A stretch of 32,000 nt of DNA from assembly GCA_964514965.1 (NCBI GenBank), contig CAZETV010000001.1, positions 633,063 through 665,062 of the forward strand. Reading direction: 5' to 3'. The notes under the pieces are model-generated. The model had not been told where the DNA came from and did no database searches. It saw only the letters and a program-made list of their open reading frames with translations. The position numbers were made by a program, and so were the translations under genes. Within the stretch, counting starts at the first letter, position 1. Each line of letters opens with the position of its first letter. This document shows positions 26,064 to 32,000 of this stretch, piece by piece. This stretch comes from Candidatus Hadarchaeota archaeon. Its GTDB lineage: Archaea > Hadarchaeota > Hadarchaeia > Hadarchaeales > Hadarchaeaceae.

Positions 26064-27557
26064 TTATTTTTTGCTCTTTCTCAAGCTACCGCCCGAAGAA
26101 AGATAGCGGTCTATAGCCCTAGCAGCTTTTTTTCCATCCCCTATCGCAGAAATCACCGTCGCCGACCCACGAGTGATATCCCCTCCCGCGAATATCCCTT
26201 CTCTGCTTGTTGCACAAGTCTTTTCATCCACTGTAAAATATCCACGTTTGTTCGTTTGTACGCTAGTTGCACTTCTCGCCACGATGGGATTCGCCGTCGT
26301 CCCAATTGCACAGATAACCATATCCACTTGCATGGCAAAATTAGACCCCTCGATGGGGAGCGGTCTTCTCCGCCCGGATTCGTCAGGTTCTCCCAACCGC
26401 ATTTTAATACATTCCATTCCGGTAACGTTGCCCTTTTTATCGCCCAGAATTCTCACGGGCAGAGTAAAAAAATTGAACTTTATACCCTCTTCTTCAGCGC
26501 GAGCAATTTCTTCTGCCCTAGCTGGAGCCTCTTCCTTGGTTCTTCTGTAAACAACATGTACCTCCTTCACACCCAGCCTCAAGGCAGTCCTCGCTGCGTC
26601 CATAGCTACATTTCCTCCTCCTATGACAACCACTTTTTTACCAACCTTGATGGGTGTATCAAATTCGGGAAATTTGTAAGCCTTCATGAGATTAGAACGT
26701 GTCAGAAATTCGTTGGCAGAATATACATCATTTAAATTTTCCCCAGGAATGTACATAAACTGGGGTGCGCCAGCACCGTTCGCAAGAAATATTGCGTCAA
26801 ATTCCCCTGCTAGTTCATCGATTCTTTTTGTAAGCCCCACCACGAAATCTGTTACGATTTTCACCCCGAGATTCTTAATTTTGTCTACTTCATATCTTAC
26901 TATTTTTTTAGGCAATCTGAACTCGGGAATGCCATAAACCAAAACACCTCCCAGTTTATGGAGCGCCTCAAATATCGTTACATCATAACCCATTTTCGCT
27001 AGGTCTGCTGCACAGGTCAAACCAGCTGGTCCAGAACCCACGACCGCGACCAGTTTATTTTTCTTTTCCCTCTCCGGAAATTTCTCTTTTGCATTCTGTT
27101 TTCTCGCCCAATCGGAGACAAAACGTTCCAGCCTCCCTATTGCGATAGGCTTACTTATTTTATTGTAAACACATGTGCTCTGACACTGCTCCTCCTGCGG
27201 ACAAACCCTTCCACAAATAGTGGGGAGGCTATTTGTTTTTAATATTTCAAGATATGCGCCAACGAAATCCTCCTCAACTATCTTAAGGATAAACTGTGGG
27301 ATGTGAATTTCAGCCGGGCAACCTTCCACACATGGCGGAGGATTACACTGCAAACACTTCTGCGCTTCATAGATAGCGTCTTCTTTAGTATACCCCAGCG
27401 GCACTTCGTCAAAATTGCAAATCCTTTTTCTGGGATCTTGCTCGGGCATCGGTCGCTGAGACCTTTTCATTCGCTCAGAAGTGGGTATTAAGTCAGCCAT
27501 TTTCTTTCCCACACGTTTTTCTGTAAGCTTCGAAGGAGAGTTTTTCCATCTGCTCAT
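26064..27557 (-). CDS. nfnB: NADH-dependent reduced ferredoxin:NADP+ oxidoreductase subunit B / glutamate synthase small-subunit-like
   Basis: CLQCNPPPCVEGCPAEIHIPQFI, GRVCPQEEQCQSTCV, VAVVGSGPAGLTCAADLAKMGYDVTIFEA, VVVIGGGNVAMDAARTALRLG; adjacent to NfnA-like gene. Confidence 0.88.
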   Translation of the reverse strand: MSRWKNSPSKLTEKRVGKKMADLIPTSERMKRSQRPMPEQDPRKRICNFDEVPLGYTKEDAIYEAQKCLQCNPPPCVEGCPAEIHIPQFILKIVEEDFVGAYLEILKTNSLPTICGRVCPQEEQCQSTCVYNKISKPIAIGRLERFVSDWARKQNAKEKFPEREKKNKLVAVVGSGPAGLTCAADLAKMGYDVTIFEALHKLGGVLVYGIPEFRLPKKIVRYEVDKIKNLGVKIVTDFVVGLTKRIDELAGEFDAIFLANGAGAPQFMYIPGENLNDVYSANEFLTRSNLMKAYKFPEFDTPIKVGKKVVVIGGGNVAMDAARTALRLGVKEVHVVYRRTKEEAPARAEEIARAEEEGIKFNFFTLPVRILGDKKGNVTGMECIKMRLGEPDESGRRRPLPIEGSNFAMQVDMVICAIGTTANPIVARSATSVQTNKRGYFTVDEKTCATSREGIFAGGDITRGSATVISAIGDGKKAARAIDRYLSSGGSLRKSKK

Positions 27558-28365
27558 ATCGCGCTAGTCGGTTCATGAACTCTTGCCAGTCAACCAGATG
27601 CCCATTGAACTCTGGACCATCCACACAAACAAACTTTGTCTCACCATTCACGGTAACCCTGCATGAGCCACACATGCCCGTTCCGTCAACCATGATGGCG
27701 TTCAAACTGACAATTGTTTCTATCCCATGCGGCTTAGTAACCCCACATATGGCCTTCATCATCGGAGCAGGACCAATGGCCCATACTTTTTTCACGTCCT
27801 TCTCCGTTCGCAACAATTCATCCAAAATCTCCGTTACGAAACCCTTCCTCGCGTAACTGCCGTCATCAGTGGTAACCAAGAGCTCAGTGGAAACTTTTCT
27901 CATCTCGTCCTCCATTATAATCAAATCTCTTGTTTTTGCGCCGATAATTGAAATGACTCGGTTGCCCGCTTCTTTTAGCTCCCGTGTTATGGGGTATACA
28001 CAGGCGATACCCGTTCCCCCTCCCACGGTTACCACGGTTCCATAGTTGTCGATTTTGGACGGATTACCTAGAGGTCCGACAAGCGCAAAAAATTCATCTC
28101 CCTCATTCATTTGAGAGAGCTTAGCTGTAGTCTTGCCCACTACTTGGGATACAATGCGTATCCGCCCATTTTCTCGGTTGTAGTCGGCGACGGTCACTGG
28201 GATTCGTTCTCCTTTTTCATCAATCAACAAAATTATAAACTGTCCCGGCTTGCCACTCTTTGCAATCATCGGAGCAGCGACTTCTAATGAAATAATATTC
28301 GGGGCAATTTCCATCTTAGTGATTATCTTGTACAAACCAATCCCAGTAAGTACATTTACAAACAA
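27493..28365 (-). CDS. nfnA: Sulfide dehydrogenase/NfnA-like FAD/NAD-binding subunit (PyrK family)
   Basis: KPGQFIILLIDEKGERIPVTVAD, VVTVGGGTGIACVYPITRELKEAG, CGVTKPHGIETIVSLNAIMVDGTGMCGSCRVTVNGETKFVCVDGPEFNGHLVDW. Confidence 0.9.
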   Translation of the reverse strand: MFVNVLTGIGLYKIITKMEIAPNIISLEVAAPMIAKSGKPGQFIILLIDEKGERIPVTVADYNRENGRIRIVSQVVGKTTAKLSQMNEGDEFFALVGPLGNPSKIDNYGTVVTVGGGTGIACVYPITRELKEAGNRVISIIGAKTRDLIIMEDEMRKVSTELLVTTDDGSYARKGFVTEILDELLRTEKDVKKVWAIGPAPMMKAICGVTKPHGIETIVSLNAIMVDGTGMCGSCRVTVNGETKFVCVDGPEFNGHLVDWQEFMNRLARYEQMEKLSFEAYRKTCGKENG

Positions 28366-28381
28366 GCTTTAAGTTTTTAAT

Positions 28382-28765
28382 ATGTTCCAAGTATTGCTCT
28401 GGTTGCTCCCGATTATCGACGTTTTCGCGCTCAAACGAATCTTGGCATATTACCATTCACTTGGAGTTCGAGTTCCGATAAAGCACGCGAAGCTTGGAAC
28501 GATCGAACGGTGGGTTGGATACCTGCCAGCTGGCTTCATCATCTGCTGGTTCTCGAACTTCTTGACGGCCTTAATTTTAATCCTATTGGTACTCGCTGTT
28601 ATAGGGCCCCTCGAGCTTTACCTGATGCATCTAGGTGTCAGACCTTGGAAGTTTTTAAAACAAAAGCCCCAAAAACTCGTAACGAAAATTTTTCTGCTTG
28701 AGGGCTATAATGCCATCGGATATTACTTGTTAGGAGCCCTGCTTACGCTGCTGGTCAATATCTGA
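28382..28765 (+). CDS. Small integral membrane protein, unknown function
   Basis: 127 aa with several TM segments (VGYLPAGFIICWFSNFLTALILILLVLAVIGPLELYLMHLG; YYLLGALLTLLVNI). Confidence 0.5.
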   Translation: MFQVLLWLLPIIDVFALKRILAYYHSLGVRVPIKHAKLGTIERWVGYLPAGFIICWFSNFLTALILILLVLAVIGPLELYLMHLGVRPWKFLKQKPQKLVTKIFLLEGYNAIGYYLLGALLTLLVNI

Positions 28766-29155
28766 TCTCGTGAATGGGCTTTCACGTGTTTGAGGGGCGA
28801 TGTAATCAATCAAACGTTCAATGTCCGGGGCTTCCAGCGTCACGACGATGGGATCGAGTGGGGACTCGCCTCTGGTGAAGTTCACTTTCCCGACGAAAGC
28901 CACCTGCTTATTTAACATAAATTGCACCAAATTCCCTCGCTTGACTCGGAGCATCATCGAACGGGCTGAGTCACGGATGGCTTGTTCTCTCAAAAGTTGA
29001 TGCAATTGATCAAGCGACTCCGCGCGGATGGATTCCCCAACTAGTAAATCTCCATTTTGGCTGAACTCAAGAGTTGGGAATATTTTCTTTACAGCTGCTT
29101 TAACCTTCTCTTTATCTTCAGTCGGCTTTACTTCTACCTCGACCTGCAACCTCAA
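28730..29155 (-). CDS. UPF0201 family protein (archaeal RNA-binding/exosome-associated-like)
   Basis: VEVEVKPTEDKEKVKAAVKKIFP...GESIRAESLDQLHQLLREQAIRDSARSMML...FMLNKQVAFVGKVNF; directly downstream of UPF0200 as seen in other archaea. Confidence 0.75.
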   Translation of the reverse strand: MRLQVEVEVKPTEDKEKVKAAVKKIFPTLEFSQNGDLLVGESIRAESLDQLHQLLREQAIRDSARSMMLRVKRGNLVQFMLNKQVAFVGKVNFTRGESPLDPIVVTLEAPDIERLIDYIAPQTRESPFTRSDIDQQRKQGS

Positions 29156-29718
29156 GCCTTGCCACCAACCAAGTTCTCAAAAAGTTTGACCGCACGATTA
29201 TAAAGGTCATCGAGCGTTCCTTCGTTCACGATGATGAAATCTGCAAGCGCGAACGCCTCACCCAACCCCCAGCTGAGCTCACGGCGGTCCTTCTCTCGAA
29301 ATGATTTTAATTTTATCACATCGTCGACTCTCCCTCGAGAGGCGATTCGGGAATAACGGGTTTTTTCACTCGCCCAAACCGCAAGTAAATGAAAACTGTC
29401 ACCGAAGAGGTGGCGCAACTCGTCAACCTCAGCTATGCCACGAATTCCATCAACGACGACTGCCTGCTTTCCCTTGCCCCGAGACTCAATCAACGGGATA
29501 CATCGCTTGGCAATCGCGCCTAGGCCCTCGCGCTTCCTGAACTCGTTCGCGACTGCCGCGACGGTCGATTCTTTAATCTCTTGACCACGGCACTTGATCT
29601 CATCCCAAACAATGTCGCCCATCCGAATACTCACGACATCAAATTTAGCAAGAGCCTTAGCCACTTCAGTCTTCCCTGAACCCTGAAGGCCGACGAGGGC
29701 TATTACCTCAAGAGCCAT
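29152..29718 (-). CDS. UPF0200 family P-loop nucleotide kinase-like protein
   Basis: ALVGLQGSGKTEVAKAL Walker A, MGDIVWDEIKCRG, VVVDGIRGIAEVDELR. Confidence 0.82.
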   Translation of the reverse strand: MALEVIALVGLQGSGKTEVAKALAKFDVVSIRMGDIVWDEIKCRGQEIKESTVAAVANEFRKREGLGAIAKRCIPLIESRGKGKQAVVVDGIRGIAEVDELRHLFGDSFHLLAVWASEKTRYSRIASRGRVDDVIKLKSFREKDRRELSWGLGEAFALADFIIVNEGTLDDLYNRAVKLFENLVGGKA

Positions 29719-29951
29719 TACAATCCTACCACGATCAACGTAGTAGTGTTGGTGACACCTGCGGTGGCCCGAATGTCGCCAAAAATAATTTTGGTCAACT
29801 TCTCAAGTGAGTCGACCTCAATTTGGGCAACTATGTCGTAAGGGCCCGCAACGGTCTCCGCCTTCTTAATCCCCTCGATGGATTTGATTTTCCGGAAAAT
29901 CTCTGACGTTTTTCCCGGTTCGGCGGAAATTAAGCTATACGCATTCACCAT
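29718..29951 (-). CDS. Stand-alone Lrp/AsnC ligand-binding (RAM) domain protein
   Basis: 77 aa: VNAYSLISAEPGKTSEIFRKIKSIEGIKKAETVAGPYDIVAQIEVDSLEKLTKIIFGDIRATAGVTNTTTLIVV. Confidence 0.85.
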   Translation of the reverse strand: MVNAYSLISAEPGKTSEIFRKIKSIEGIKKAETVAGPYDIVAQIEVDSLEKLTKIIFGDIRATAGVTNTTTLIVVGL

Positions 29952-30087
29952 TTCTCCACCTCACACTCATTTCGGCAACTCGCTTTAAAACCTCTCGCTT
30001 GCTATTATACCCTTATTTCAAGACCTCGCGAATGCCATGAAGTCCATTTTTGAACTCCATTTCAGCTTTAGTGCGCTCCACACAAAT

Positions 30088-30102
30088 CTTTTTAAAAATA
30101 TA
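30088..30102 (+). promoter_or_regulatory. Putative archaeal TATA box for the iscS-like/iscU-like pair
   Basis: ctttttaaaaatata roughly 30-40 nt upstream of ATG 30130; a second AT-run (tttatatatat) follows at about 30108-30118. Confidence 0.4.
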
Positions 30103-30129
30103 ACGCCTTTATATATATCAGGGGCGGAG

Positions 30130-31302
30130 ATGAGAGCTTACTTGGACAATGGTACAACAACTCCTGTAGCTAGAGAGATAATCGAGGCCATGCTACCGTA
30201 CCTCACCGAAAAATTTGGGCATCCGCTTTTTCTTTACTCACTCGGGCAAGAAGCTGCAGATGCCGTGGAAAGAAGCCAAAAAACTATAGCTGATACTCTG
30301 AACGCTGAGCAAAAAGAGATAACTTTTACATCAAACGCGACGGAGGCCAGCGATTTTGCCATCAGAGGTGTTGCTCACGCCAATAGAAAAAGTGACAACC
30401 ACATAATCACGACGAAGATTGAAAATCCATCAGTTTTGCGGCCATGCGAAATACTAGAAAAAGAGGGGTTCAAAGTCGATTATTTAAACGTTGACTCTCA
30501 GGGATTTGTCGATTTAAAACAACTCCAAGATCTGATAAACGAAAAAACCATTCTCGTCAGCGTGGCGCAAGTTAACGATGAGATAGGCACGATAGAACCT
30601 ATAGCAGATATAGGGAAGATGTTGCACGAGCAAAAACATAAGATATATTTCCACGTGAACGCCGCCGCCTCGTATGCAAGAGTTCCAATCGATGTGCAAA
30701 AAATGGGCATAGACCTCATGAGCCTGAGTGCCCACAAGATTCACGGCCCTAAAGGCGTTGGTGCGCTTTATGTACGAGAGGATACAAAAATCAATCCGAT
30801 GTCTTACGGCTACATCTCCATGTTTCTACTAAAACCAGGCACCGAAAATATCCCGGCAATCGTCGGTTTTGGCAAGGCGGCCGAGTTAGCGTTTACAAAT
30901 TTCAACAGCCATGTAGCGCATATGCGGAAGTTACGCGACAAGCTCATGGCCGGAATTGAGGAGCGTGTGCCCCACATCTTGCTTAACGGGCCCAGAGGGG
31001 AGAAACGCAGCCCTGCGAACGTGAACTACTCATTCAAGGGAGTAGAGGGCGAGTCGGTGTTGCTCCACTTAGATCTGAATGGGATTTCAGTCGCTACTGG
31101 CTCCGCATGTTCAACGCGAAAGCTCGAACCAAGCCATGTCCTAACCGCTATAGGAGTAGGCTCAGAAGTCGCCCACGGATCCATAAGATTCACGCTGAGC
31201 CGGTACAACACGGCCAAGGAGATTGACTACGTGCTGGGAGTAGTGCCGCGCGTTATTGAAAACCTGCGCAAGATAAGCCCAATAAAACCTGAGGAACTTT
31301 GA
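30130..31302 (+). CDS. IscS/NifS-like cysteine desulfurase homolog with atypical PLP-pocket residues
   Basis: MRAYLDNGTTTPVAREIIEAMLPYL..., SLSAHKIHGPKGVGALYVR (PLP Lys), ATGSACSTRKLEPSHVL (catalytic Cys loop). GGGGCGGAG upstream of ATG 30130; track start at 30037 likely too long. Confidence 0.85.
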   Translation: MRAYLDNGTTTPVAREIIEAMLPYLTEKFGHPLFLYSLGQEAADAVERSQKTIADTLNAEQKEITFTSNATEASDFAIRGVAHANRKSDNHIITTKIENPSVLRPCEILEKEGFKVDYLNVDSQGFVDLKQLQDLINEKTILVSVAQVNDEIGTIEPIADIGKMLHEQKHKIYFHVNAAASYARVPIDVQKMGIDLMSLSAHKIHGPKGVGALYVREDTKINPMSYGYISMFLLKPGTENIPAIVGFGKAAELAFTNFNSHVAHMRKLRDKLMAGIEERVPHILLNGPRGEKRSPANVNYSFKGVEGESVLLHLDLNGISVATGSACSTRKLEPSHVLTAIGVGSEVAHGSIRFTLSRYNTAKEIDYVLGVVPRVIENLRKISPIKPEEL

Positions 31303-31311
31303 GGTGAGCCA

Positions 31312-31716
31312 GTGCCAGTTGAATTTACAGAACGGAGCCTACTTAAGTACACCCAAAAGGTAATCGAGCTATTCAAGGACCCCAAAAATATCGGAGAGAT
31401 GGAAGACCCAACTGTGACCGCAGTCGAAGGCGATCCTAAGTGTGGCGATATGTTCAAGATGTTTTTGAAAATTAAAAACGACAAAATTGTAGACGTGAAA
31501 TTCCTTTCTTTCGGGTGCGCAGCGAACATCGCTACTGGTTCAATGACAACTGAAATGGTGAAGGGAAAAACCGTGGATGAGGCGAAGAAAATCACCATTA
31601 AGCAAATTGCGGATGCTTTAGGTGGCCTTCCCGCCTTGAAAATGCACTGCGCTGTGCTCGCGTACAAAACGCTTAAAAAGGCGTTGCAGGAGTACGAGCG
31701 GAAGCTGACAGGCTAA
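31312..31716 (+). CDS. iscU: IscU/NifU N-terminal-like Fe-S scaffold protein
   Basis: YTQKVIELFKDPKNIGEMEDPTVTAVEGDPKCGDMFKMFLKI...KFLSFGCAANIATGSMTTEMVKGKT...GGLPALKMHCAVLAYKTL; three conserved Cys and CGD retained. Confidence 0.9.
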   Translation: MPVEFTERSLLKYTQKVIELFKDPKNIGEMEDPTVTAVEGDPKCGDMFKMFLKIKNDKIVDVKFLSFGCAANIATGSMTTEMVKGKTVDEAKKITIKQIADALGGLPALKMHCAVLAYKTLKKALQEYERKLTG

Positions 31717-31745
31717 ACTCGGACTAATCCCAAGGGGTCGTGAAG

Positions 31746-32000
31746 ATGACAAGGGACGGCGAAATATTACTCCCAAAATTCAAGCAAGAATGCTTACTTT
31801 CAAAGGGAGTCGAAGTTCTAGATTTGATGAGGGTGAGAAAGGAGACTGTGATGTATGTTCAGCCATGCGCGTCAGAGCGGGGAAAATTAATGGCAGACAT
31901 CGAACTCACCAAGGAACCCACTAAACAGTTTATCGACCCTGAAACCCTTTGCTCGCTGCTCGAGACCCACCGACGGCGCTTTGCAGAGCTGAAGTGCAGC
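31746..32000 (+). CDS. Hypothetical protein, 3' truncated by window
   Basis: Open frame without stop to window end: MTRDGEILLPKFKQECLLSKGVEVLDLMRVRKETVMYVQPCASERGKLMADIELTKEPTKQFIDPETLCSLLETHRRRFAELKCS; same strand, close downstream of iscU-like gene. Confidence 0.45.
   Translation, partial: MTRDGEILLPKFKQECLLSKGVEVLDLMRVRKETVMYVQPCASERGKLMADIELTKEPTKQFIDPETLCSLLETHRRRFAELKCS

Noticed and set aside
26043-26735. 230-aa plus-strand ORF opposite nfnB
   Set aside because: Fully antisense to a motif-rich NfnB; low-complexity, Ser/His/Arg-rich translation typical of shadow ORFs.
1-32000. CRISPR array, tRNA, rRNA, transposase/integrase or inverted-repeat-bounded element
   Set aside because: None was recognised by eye on either strand; the few AT-rich intergenic regions show no regularly spaced repeats or cloverleaf-like segments.

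Overview
Gene-dense, fully archaeal chromosomal window: no CRISPR array, tRNA/rRNA or transposase was recognised. Left end: classic exosome/ribosome/KEOPS superoperon (rrp41 3' end, rrp42, rpl37ae, rpoP, Brix protein, Pcc1, prefoldin beta, DHH phosphoesterase, TYW1). Then: a DUF5667-like secreted protein, a membrane wHTH protein, translin homolog, O-phosphoseryl-tRNA synthetase (SepRS), a small region of nucleic-acid/repair-like genes (xylose-isomerase/EndoIV-like TIM barrel, EndoV homolog, Zn-ribbon, LigD-PolDom-like AEP polymerase with N-terminal wHTH), a six-gene cluster of short-leader pilin-like/pseudopilin proteins ending in a 680-aa coiled-coil protein, ion antiporters, MBL/HAD/radical SAM enzymes, PRPP synthetase-like protein, Trm-G10 methyltransferase, RNase Z, dCMP deaminase, NfnAB, UPF0201/UPF0200, Lrp-like domain and IscS-IscU-like pair. 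The most interesting leads are (1) the pilin-like cluster at 12.1-16.5 kb, in which two members only make sense if initiated at ATA/ACG or if the sequence has small errors; (2) a wHTH-fused AEP polymerase with a His-to-Gln change in motif II; (3) an IscS-like protein with substitutions at several PLP-contacting positions; (4) an EndoV homolog lacking a canonical catalytic Asp; and (5) a single-base frameshift in TYW1 and a HAD gene whose nucleophile lies upstream of any in-frame start. Family calls come from reading conserved motifs by eye; no database search was run.
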